This document shows positions 35,964-46,669 of a stretch of 64,000 bases of DNA, piece after piece. Made by a program: the position numbers and the translations under genes. Under the pieces are notes generated by a model. The model made no database searches. It was not told where the DNA came from and saw nothing but the letters and a program-made list of their open reading frames with translations. Source of the stretch: Ranitomeya imitator. Its lineage: Eukaryota. Every line of letters begins with the position of its first letter. Positions within the stretch are counted from its first letter, which is position 1. The stretch is from positions 199,764,001 to 199,828,000 of the forward strand of contig NC_091289.1 of assembly GCF_032444005.1 (NCBI RefSeq), given 5' to 3'.

Positions 35964-36280
35964 TTCGGATGCAAAACTTTACGCCCAACTTTTTCGCTGT
36001 TCTCTACTGCCCGTAAAGTGCGCATGCGCCTAAGTGCGCACCCTGGTGGCCAGAGAGGGGCGGGACAAGGCGCGCTACTGTCTCCCGGAATGGAGGTGTC
36101 GGGGGCGAAGAAAAGGAAGAGTGGGCGGGGAAGGGGCGGGGCAGGAAGGGCGAGAGGAGGAGTCCGGGAGGTTTCTCGTTTCCTCAGAGACCGTCGTGCT
36201 TTGCTTTCCCGCCCGGCAGAGCTACGATCTGCGCATGTCCGTAGATCCGGAGGGATCGGTGCCAGATCGTTCTCAGAGGT
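35964..36280. promoter_or_regulatory. Bidirectional GNG5/SPATA1 CpG-rich promoter
   Basis: NRF1-type TGCGCATGCGC (36019-36029), GC boxes GGGCGGGG (36123-36141) and a second GCGCATG (36231) lie between the GNG5 ATG and the divergently oriented SPATA1 exons. Confidence 0.65.
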
Positions 36281-37210
36281 GAAAATAGAAATAAATAAGG
36301 ATCTTGTAAAAAATCCCATTGAATCCCGTAATAAAGCGGCACATAGCCGGCAGAACACGGATCGCTGGTTTCCGACCCATCCGTGTCACGTTCCGTCTCC
36401 CATTGCCTCCTCTGATACACCATCCTCGCTCCATTCCTCGCGTTTTCCGTTTCTTTTCTGCAGTTTTCTGTTTTTCTGCATTAGACCCCGGTGATGTCCC
36501 GGGATGACGTTGCTCCTTCTTTCTTAGGTTTTGGGCAGATTTTTTAAGCCTTTTTGGAGACCTCGTTTTCTGAAGTTGGTTTCTTATTCGGTGATTTTTT
36601 CTTTTCTGTTTTTTTATAGGTTTAACAACAAAAATAATCATCACAATAACAACAGACAGTGCAGCGAGGAGCCTGAGGGGAAAACACTGAACAGCAGCTG
36701 CAAAAACGATAAAAGTGGCAGAAAAATGGGCATCAAAGAGGGCAAACAGCGTATTTCACAGATTGGAATAAGGGACTGGTGTTTAGAAGGGGTTAAATGA
36801 CTTTGGGCCACTGATCTGCCACTAAGAATACACAGATAGTGAAAGTGGGGTGTTTGCCCACTGTGATGCCAGTTCTGATGCCCAGAACCCATTTGGGCCG
36901 GGCTGGAGGGTCCTGGCTCTGATGTGTCTGCAGTGTGAGATCAGTGCCCACAGTCATTTAACCCTTTCACCAATGCCCTTCGGTGCCCACTTTGATGCCC
37001 ATTTTTGTGCCAGTTTTATAGTCTTTCTAGCTGTTTTTAAGTATATTCACATCAGGGCCCCTCCCTGCACCGTGTGTTATTATTGAGGGGATTATTTTTT
37101 GTTGTTAAACCTATAAGAAACAGAAAAGAAAAAATTACCGAATATGAAACTGACGAGTAAGGAACCAACTTCAGCCTCGTCCTTTCCAGCCGATTCCATC
37201 AGGAGACGTC

Positions 37211-40200
37211 TCCTAGAAGTGACCGGTGACTTTTCTCCTAGAAGTGACCGGTGACTTTTCTCCTAGAAGTGACCGGTGACTTTTTTCCTAGAAGTGACCG
37301 GTGACTTTTCTCCTAGAAGTGACCGGTGACTTTCCTCCTAGAAGTGACCGGTGACTTTTCTCCTAGAAGTGACCAGTGACTTTTCTCCTAGAAGTGACCA
37401 GTGACTTTTCTCCTAGAAGTGACCAGTGACTTTTCTCCTAGAAGTGACCGGTGACTTTTCTCATAGAAATGACCAGTGACTTTTCTCCTAGAAGTGACCA
37501 GTGACTTTTCTCCTAGAAGTGACCAGTGACTTTTCTCATAGAAATGACCAGTGACTTTTCTCCTAGAAGTGACCGGTGACTTTCCTCCTAGAAGTGACCG
37601 GTGACTTTTCTCCTAGAAGTGACCGGTGACTTTTCTCCTAGAAGTGACCGGTGACTTTTCTCCTAGAAGTGACCGGTGACTTTTTTCCTAGAAGTGACCG
37701 GTGACTTTTCTCCTAGAAGTGACCGGTGACTTTTCTCCTAGAAGTGACCGGTGACTTTTCTCCTAGAAGTGACCGGTGACTTTTCTCCTAGAAGTGACCG
37801 GTGACTTTTCTCCTAGAAGTGACCGGTGACTTTTCTCCTAGAAATGACCGGTGACTTTTCTCCTAGAAGTGACCGGTGACTTTTCTCCTAGAAGTGACCG
37901 GTGACTTTTCTCCTAGAAGTGACCGGTGACTTTTCTCCTAGAAGTGACCGGTGACTTTTCTCCTAGAAGTGACCGGTGACTTTTCTCCTAGAAGTGACCG
38001 GTGACTTTTCTCCTAGAAGTGACCGGTGACTTTTCTCCTAGAAGTGACCGGTGACTTTTCTCCTAGAAGTGACCGGTGACTTTTCTCCTAGAAGTGACCG
38101 GTGACTTTTCTCCTAGAAGTGACCAGTGACTTTTCTCCTAGAAGTGACCAGTGACTTTTCTCCTAGAAGTTACCAGTGACTTTTTTCCTACACGTGACCA
38201 GTAACTTTTCTCCTAGAAGTGACCAGTGACTTTTCTCCTAGAAGTGACCAGTGGCTTTTCTCCTAGAAGTGACCAGTGGCTTTTTTCCTACACGTGACCA
38301 GTGACTTTTCTCCTAGAAGTGACCGGTGACTTTTCTCCTAGAAGTGACCAGTGGCTTTTCTCCTAGAAGTGACCAGTGGCTTTTTTCCTACACGTGACCA
38401 GTGACTTTTCTCCTAGAAGTGACCGGTGACTTTTCTCCTAGAAGTGACCGGTGACTTTTCTCCTAGAAGTGACCGGTGACTTTTCTCCTAGAAGTGACCG
38501 GTGACTTTTCTCCTAGAAGTGACCGGTGACTTTCCTCCTAGAAGTGACCGGTGACTTTTCTCCTAGAAGTGACCGGTGACTTTCCTCCTAGAAGTGACCG
38601 GTGACTTTTCTCCTAGAAGTGACCGGTGACTTTTCTCCTAGAAGTGACCGGTGACTTTTCTCCTAGAAGTGACCGGTGACTTTTCTCCTAGAAGTGACCG
38701 GTGACTTTTCTCCTAGAAGTGACCAGTGACTTTTCTCCTAGAAGTGACCAGTGACTTTTCTCCTAGAAGTGACCAGTGACTTTTCTCCTAGAAGTTACCA
38801 GTGACTTTTTTCCTACACGTGACCAGTAACTTTTCTCCTAGAAGTGACCAGTGACTTTTCTCCTAGAAGTGACCAGTGACTTTCCTCCTAGAAGTGACCG
38901 GTGACTTTTCTCCTAGAAGTGACCAGTGACTTTTCTCCTAGAAGTGACCGGTGACTTTTCTCCTAGAAATGACCGGTGACTTTTCTCCTAGAAGTGACCG
39001 GTGACTTTCCTCCTAGAAGTGACCGGTGACTTTTCTCCTAGAAGTGACCGGTGACTTTTCTCCTAGAAGTGACCGGTGACTTTTCTCCTAGAAGTGACCG
39101 GTGACTTTTCTCCTGGAAGTGACCGGTGACTTTTCTCCTAGAAGTGACCGGTGACTTTTCTCCTAGAAGTGACCGGTGACTTTTCTCCTAGAAGTGACCG
39201 GTGACTTTTCTCCTAGAAGTGACCGGTGACTTTTCTCCTAGAAGTGACCGGTGACTTTTCTCCTAGAAGTGACCGGTGACTTTTCTCCTAGAAGTGACCG
39301 GTGACTTTTCTCCTAGAAGTGACCGGTGACTTTTCTCCTAGAAGTGACCGGTGACTTTTCTCCTAGAAGTGACCGGTGACTTTTCTCCTAGAAGTGACCG
39401 GTGACTTTCCTCCTAGAAGTGACCGGTGACTTTTCTCCTAGAAGTGACCGGTGACTTTCCTCCTAGAAGTGACCGGTGACTTTTCTCCTAGAAGTGACCG
39501 GTGACTTTTCTCCTAGAAGTGACCGGTGACTTTTCTCCTAGAAGTGACCAGTGACTTTTCTCCTAGAAGTGACCAGTGACTTTTCTCCTAGAAGTGACCA
39601 GTGACTTTTCTCCTAGAAGTTACCAGTGACTTTTTTCCTACACGTGACCAGTGACTTTTCTCCTAGAAGTGACCAGTGACTTTTCTCCTAGAAGTGACCA
39701 GTGGCTTTTCTCCTAGAAGTGACCAGTGGCTTTTTTCCTACACGTGACCAGTGACTTTTCTCCTAGATGTGACCAGTGACTTTTCTCCTAGAAGTGACCA
39801 GTGGCTTTTTTCCTACACGTGACCAGTGACTTTTCTCCTAGAAGTGACCAGTGACTTTTCTCCTAGAAGTGACCAGTGACTCTTCTCCTAGAAGTGACCA
39901 GTGACTTTTTTCCTAGAAGTGACCAGTGACTTTTCTCCTACACGTGACCAGTGACTTTTCTCCTAGAAGTGACCAGTGACTTTTTTCCTACACGTGACTA
40001 GTGACTTTTCTCCTAGAAGTGACCAGTGACTTTTCTCCTAGAAGTGACCAGTGACTTTTTTTGCTAGAAGTGACCGGTGACTTTTCTCCTAGAAGTGACC
40101 AGTGATTTTTCTCCTAGAAGTGACCAGTGACTTTTCTCCTAGAAATGACCGGTGACTTTTCTCCTAGAAGTGACCGGTGACTTTCCTCCTAGAAGTGACC

Positions 40201-41600
40201 GGTGACTTTTCTCCTAGAAGTGACCGGTGACTTTTCTCCTAGAAGTGACCGGTGACTTTTCTCCTAGAAGTGACCGGTGACTTTTCTCCTAGAAGTGACC
40301 GGTGACTTTTCTCCTAGAAGTGACCTGTGACTTTTCTCCTAGAAGTGACCGGTGACTTTTCTCCTAGAAATGACCGGTGACTTTTCTCCTAGAAGTGACC
40401 GGTGACTTTCCTCCTAGAAGTGACCGGTGACTTTTCTCCTAGAAGTGACCGGTGACTTTTCTCCTAGAAGTGACCGGTGACTTTTCTCCTAGAAGTGACC
40501 GGTGACTTTTCTCCTGGAAGTGACCGGTGACTTTTCTCCTAGAAGTGACCGGTGACTTTTCTCCTAGAAGTGACCGGTGACTTTTCTCCTAGAAGTGACC
40601 GGTGACTTTTCTCCTAGAAGTGACCGGTGACTTTTCTCCTAGAAGTGACCGGTGACTTTTCTCCTAGAAGTGACCGGTGACTTTTCTCCTAGAAGTGACC
40701 GGTGACTTTTCTCCTAGAAGTGACCGGTGACTTTTCTCCTAGAAGTGACCGGTGACTTTCCTCCTAGAAGTGACCGGTGACTTTTCTCCTAGAAGTGACC
40801 GGTGACTTTCCTCCTAGAAGTGACCGGTGACTTTTCTCCTAGAAGTGACCGGTGACTTTTCTCCTAGAAGTGACCGGTGACTTTTCTCCTAGAAGTGACC
40901 GGTGACTTTTCTCCTAGAAGTGACCAGTGACTTTTCTCCTAGAAGTGACCAGTGACTTTTCTCCTAGAAGTTACCAGTGACTTTTTTCCTACACGTGACC
41001 AGTGACTTTTCTCCTAGAAGTGACCAGTGACTTTTCTCCTAGAAGTGACCAGTGGCTTTTCTCCTAGAAGTGACCAGTGGCTTTTTTCCTACACGTGACC
41101 AGTGACTTTTCTCCTAGAAGTGACCGGTGACTTTCCTCCTAGAAGTGACCGGTGACTTTTCTCCTAGAAGTGACCAGTGACTTTTCTCCTAGAAGTGACC
41201 GGTGACTTTTCTCCTAGAAGTGACCAGTGGCTTTTTTCCTACACGTGACCAGTGACTTTTCTCCTAGAAGTGACCAGTGACTTTTCTCCTAGAAGTGACC
41301 AGTGACTTTTCTCCTAGAAGTGACCAGTGACTTTTTTCCTAGAAGTGACCAGTGACTTTTCTCCTACACGTGACCAGTGACTTTTCTCCTAGAAGTGACC
41401 GGTGACTTTTCTCCTAGAAGTGACCAGTGACTTTTCTCCTAGAAGTGACCGGTGACTTTTCTCCTAGAAGTGACCGGTGACTTTTCTCCTAGAAGTGACC
41501 AGTGACTTTTCTCCTAGAAGTGACCAGTGACTTTTTTTGCTAGAAGTGACCAGTGACTTTTTTCCTACACGTGACCAGTGACTTTTCTCCTAGAAGTGAC
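37211..41600. repeat. 25-bp satellite (CCTAGAAGTGACCGGTGACTTTTCT), ~175 copies, upstream of the first SPATA1 coding exon
   Basis: Direct reading. Variant markers recur at a 1401-bp offset. Confidence 0.97.
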
Positions 41601-42237
41601 TCGCGCTCTTTTTTCCACTAGACGAGGATTTGAGAGGATCTGCTGGGAAAAAAGTAATCCTCCAAAAGCTCCATGTGCACATGGCCCAAGGACGGGCTGA
41701 GAGGAGCCGCATTTGGCCAGTGAGCCCCTCTGCCAGCTCTCGCCCCATGACGCCGGTCTGCCGCAGCTTCTCTTTCAGATTTACACCCCTGACAGGACTC
41801 GCAGCGCACACCTGTCTGGTCCTTTTTCTGCCCACACTAGTGCCTCCAATACCCGGCCCTGCGGAGGAGCAACCTGCGACCACGTCTACCGTCTGTAGAT
41901 TCCCCTGACTGGTCAGAACCTGTGTGTGAACGCAGCTTTATACAATGCGTCTCTGACTTCTGGACTCGCAGCCAATTCACCTGCCCACAACCAACCCCCT
42001 AATTACCAGATTCCAGCCCTGCGCCGGAGGAGCGGCGTCCTGACGACAGAGGCGTGGTGCACACTTGTAGGACACAACAAACGCCGCGCTCTTGGCAGAT
42101 GATGTAGTGTGTGGACATTACCGCCGGGTGCTGTGTGTCCAAGGTGTGGCAGCTACACGCCGGCTCCTGAGGCCCCGGACAGCACAGCGCTGACTGACTG
42201 CCACCATGCAAGCGTCCACTTTGGGTTCTTATTCGCC

Positions 42238-42288
42238 ATGGATCAGATTCACACTCCGATGAATCAGACGAGGCCGTCGACAGCGGGG
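42238..42288 (+). CDS. SPATA1: SPATA1 first coding exon (MDQIHTPMNQTRPSTAG); start could be ATG 42238 or 42259
   Basis: gccATGG Kozak context, donor gggGTgaga, phase 0 joining to LIELHV. RPSTAG resembles the RPSSSE that precedes LVELHV in mammalian SPATA1 (from memory). Confidence 0.65.
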
Positions 42289-42782
42289 GTGAGAGCGGAG
42301 ACGTCTGCGGGGCTCCTGTGTATTCCATGTGTCTGGTGGATCCATGTGGGACGTGCACTGAGATGACGTGCGATGTATGAGTGGACCTGGGCGTGAGTTT
42401 AGATCATTGGGTCTGAGAACCCGGAGACGGGAAATGCGAGAATAGAGGCGCATTCACACAAGGCAGACATTCCTGCGAGCGGCAGATTCACCTGGATTCA
42501 TTTAGTAGAAATCCATTTACTGTGGATCCAGATGGACGATATTTTATCATTTGGGGGATTATTGTTTTTACTTTTTGTGACCTCGAGATTTCAGACTTCT
42601 TGTAATGAAGGAAACTTTGGGGCACAAGATGCAGCTTAGATGTAATCAGATGAAAATTGTGATTTCTAAGTCTTTGCGTCCTCAGTACATTGTGACGTGA
42701 GGCATCTTACAAAGAAAGGAAACTGTCGGTAAAACATCTACTGGTCCTTCAAGCAAAGCTGCTAAAATGTGCCCCAAAGCTG

Positions 42783-45700
42783 CCAGTACAAGTCCCCCGG
42801 TGATAACGTCCCCCCGTAGTTCTCCAGTACAAGTCCCCCGGTGATAACGTCCCCCCGTAGTTCTCCAGTACAAGTCCCCTGGTGATAACATCCCCCCGTA
42901 GTTCTCCAGTACAAGTCCCCTGGTGACAACGTCCCCCCGTAGTTCTCCAGTACAAGTCCTCTGGTGATAACGTCCCCCCGTAGTTCTCCAGTACAAGTCC
43001 CCTGGTGACAACGTCCCCCCGTAGTTCTCCAGTACAAGTCCCCTGGTGACAACGTCCCCCCGTAGTTCTCCAGTACAAGTCCCCTGGTGACAACGTCCCC
43101 CCGTAGTTCTCCAGTACAAGTCCTCTGGTGATAACGTCCCCCCGTAGTTCTCCAGTACAAGTCCTCTGGTGATAACGTCCCCCCGTAGTTCTCCAGTACA
43201 AGTCCTCTGGTGATAACGTCCCCCCGTAGTTCTCCAGTACAAGTCCCCTGGTGATAACATCCCCCCGTAGTTCTCCAGTACAAGTCCCCTGGTGATAACG
43301 TCCCCCCGTAGTTCTCCAGTACAAGTCCCCTGGTGACAACGTCCCCCCGTAGTTCTCCAGTACAAGTCCCCTGGTGACAACGTCCCCCCGTAGTTCTCCA
43401 GTACAAGTGCCCTGGTGATAACGTCCCCCCGTAGTTCTCCAGTACAAGTCCCCTGGTGACAACGTCCCCCCGTAGTTCTCCAGTACAAGTCCCCTGGTGA
43501 CAACGTCCCCCCGTAGTTCTCCAGTACAAGTCCCCTGGTGACAACGTCCCCCCGTAGTTCTCCAGTACAAGTCCTCTGGTGACAACGTCCCCCCGTAGTT
43601 CTCCAGTACAAGTGCCCTGGTGATAACGTCCCCCCGTAGTTCTCCAGTACAAGTCCCCTGGTGATAACATCCCCCCGTAGTTCTCCAGTACAAGTCTTCT
43701 GGTGACAACGTCCCCCCGTAGTTCTCCAGTACAAGTCCCCTGGTGATAACGTCCCCCGTAGTTCTCCAGTACAAGTCCCCTGGTGACAACGTCCCCCCGT
43801 AGTTCTCCAGTACAAGTCCCCTGGTGACAACGTCCCCCCGTAGTTCTCCAGTACAAGTCCCCTGGTGATAACGTCCCTCCGTAGTTCTCCAGTACAAGTC
43901 CCCTGGTGATAACATCCCCCCGTAGTTCTCCAGTACAAGTCCTCTGGTGATAACGTCCCCCCGTAGTTCTCCAGTACAAGACCTCTGGTGATAATATCCC
44001 CCCGTAGTTCTCCAGTGCAAGTCCCCTGGTGATAACGTCCCCCCGTAGTTCTCCAGTACAAGTCCCCTGGTGACAACGTCCCCCCGTAGTTCTCCAGTAC
44101 AAGTCCCCTGGTGACAACGTCCCCCCGTAGTTCTCCAGTACAAGTGCCCTGGTGATAACGTCCCCCCGTAGTTCCCCAGTACAAGACCCCTGGTGATAAC
44201 ATCCCCCCGTAGTTCTCCTGTACAAGTCCCCTGGTGATAACGTCCCCCCGTAGTTCTCCAGTACAAGTCCCCTGGTGATAACGTCCCCCCGTAGTTCTCC
44301 AGTACAAGTCCCCTGGTGATAACGTCCCCCTGTAGTTCTCCAGTACAAGTCCCCTGGTGATAACGTCCCCCCGTAGTTATCCAGTACAAGTCCTCTGGTG
44401 ATAACGTCCCCCTGTAGTTCTCCAGTACAAGTCCCCTGGTGATAACGTCCCCCCGTAGTTATCCAGTACAAGTCACCTGGTGATAACGTCCCCCTGTAGT
44501 TCTCCAGTGCAAGTCCCCTGGTGATAACATCCCCCCGTAGTTATCCAGTACAAGTCCTCTGGTGATAACGTCCCCCCGTAGTTCTCCAGTACAAGTCCTC
44601 TGGTGATAACGTCCCCCCGTAGTTATCCAGTACAAGTCCCCTGGTGATAACATCCCCCCGTAGTTATCCAGTACAAGTCCCCTGGTGATAACGTCCCCCC
44701 GTAGTTCTCCAGTACAAGTCCCCTGGTGATAACGTCTCCCCCATAGTTCTCCAGTACAAGTCCCCTGGTGATAACGTCCCCCCGTAGTTATCCAGTACAA
44801 GTCCTCTGGTGATAACGTCCCCCCGTAGTTCTCCAGTACAAGTCCTCTGGTGATAACGTCCCCCCGTAGTTATCCAGTACAAGTCCCCTGGTGATAACAT
44901 CCCCCCGTAGTTATCCAGTACAAGTCCCCTGGTGATAACATCCCCCCGTAGTTCTCCAGTACAAGTCCCCTGGTGATAACGTCCCCCCGTAGTTATCCAG
45001 TACAAGTCCTCTGGTGATAACGTCCCCCCGTAGTTCTCCAGTACAAGTCCCCTGGTGATAACATCCCCCCGTAGTTATCCAGTACAAGTCCCCTGGTGAT
45101 AACATCCCCCCGTAGTTCTCCAGTACAAGTCCCCTGGTGATAACGTCTCCCCCATAGTTCTCCAGTACAAGTCCCCTGGTGATAACATCTCCCCCATAGT
45201 TCTCCAGTACAAGTCCCCTGGTGATAACATCCCCCCGTAGTTATCCAGTACAAGTCCCCTGGTGATAACATCCCCCCGTAGTTATCCAGTACAAGTCCCC
45301 TGGTGATAACGTCTCCCCCATAGTTCTCCAGTACAAGTCCCCTGGTGATAACATCCCCCCGTAGTTATCCAGTACAAGTCCCCTGGTGATAACATCCCCC
45401 CGTAGTTCTCCAGTACAAGTCCCCTGGTGATAACGTCTCCCCCATAGTTCTCCAGTACAAGTCCCCTGGTGATAACATCCCCCCGTAGTTATCCAGTACA
45501 AGTCCCCTGGTGATAACATCCCCCCGTAGTTATCCAGTACAAGTCCCCTGGTGATAACGTCTCCCCCGTAGTTCTCCAGTACAAGTCCCCTGGTGATAAC
45601 GTCTCCCCCATAGTTCTCCAGTACAAGTCCCCTGGTGATAACGTCCCCCCGTAGTTCTCCAGTACAAGTCCCCTGGTGATAACATCCCCCCGTAGTTCTC

Positions 45701-45946
45701 CAGTACAAGTCCCCTGGTGATAACATCCCCCGTAGTTATCCAGTACAAGTCCCCTGGTGATAACATCCCCCGTAGTTCTCCAGTACAAGTCCCCTGGTGA
45801 TAACATCCCCCCATAGTTCTCCAGCACAAGTCCCCTGGTGATAACATCCCCCCGTAGTTCTCCAGTACAAGTCCCCTGGTGATAACGTCTCCCCCATAGT
45901 TCTCCAGTACAAGTCCCCTGGTGATGACGTCCCCCATAGTTCTCCG
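42783..45946. repeat. 41-bp minisatellite (AGTACAAGTCCCCTGGTGATAACGTCCCCCCGTAGTTCTCC), ~77 copies
   Basis: Direct reading, 41-aa periodicity in the ORF track. Confidence 0.97.
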
Positions 45947-46375
45947 GTCACTTTGGACCCATTGAGATGCCCCCAGTCCCTGGTACAATCATTCGGTGAC
46001 ATAAAGGTCCTTAGCGATCTGATAACGTGTATCTAATGAATGAGAATCTGGGTGGTCAGCAGGTGAGGACCTTGTCTCTGGGGAGACCCCATGGGCAATG
46101 TCCCCGTCCTAGGAGATCACCTGGTTTCTTTCCGAGCCCCTGATGGTCCATCACCATGGTCTGTCCACAGGCCGAGGTCTGATGTAGGAACGTTCCTGAT
46201 ACTCCCTTATAATCCAATGTTTGGTCTCGAACAAAAAAACCTACAGACTAAGGAAATGTGTCTACACCTCTATGACATGGAATCGTAGGTGACGTCTGAT
46301 GATGGGGGTAGTAGTGTGAATGCATCAGGTCTATATTTATCGAGTATATATAATGTATGGCCGCCTGTATTTCAG

Positions 46376-46482
46376 CTGATAGAACTGCACGTCTATCTTG
46401 TGCCGGAAGATCTGTGGAGCCCCAAACTCAATAAAGCTTCTCTGGATGTGATCGGGAGATTTATTTCACTTGGATTCATCAG
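46376..46482 (+). CDS. SPATA1: SPATA1 exon (LIELHVYLVPEDLWSPKLNKASLDVIGRFISLGFIR)
   Basis: tgtatttcAG / GTaaag, 107 nt. It matches SPATA1 LVELHVFYVPE...KFISAGFLR. Confidence 0.9.
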
Positions 46483-46669
46483 GTAAAGAAAAGAAAGAAT
46501 CCTTTATATGTGACGAGCACGGCAGTATCGCGACTGGATTATTTATCCTGCCTAGAAAGGGACAAATAATACATTTGTCCACATTGTCCCACATGTTGGT
46601 CAGATGCATGAGCCCTCGAAGTTCTAAATCTTATAAGGACAAACAAGTTCCCCCACTATGGAGTAATGT

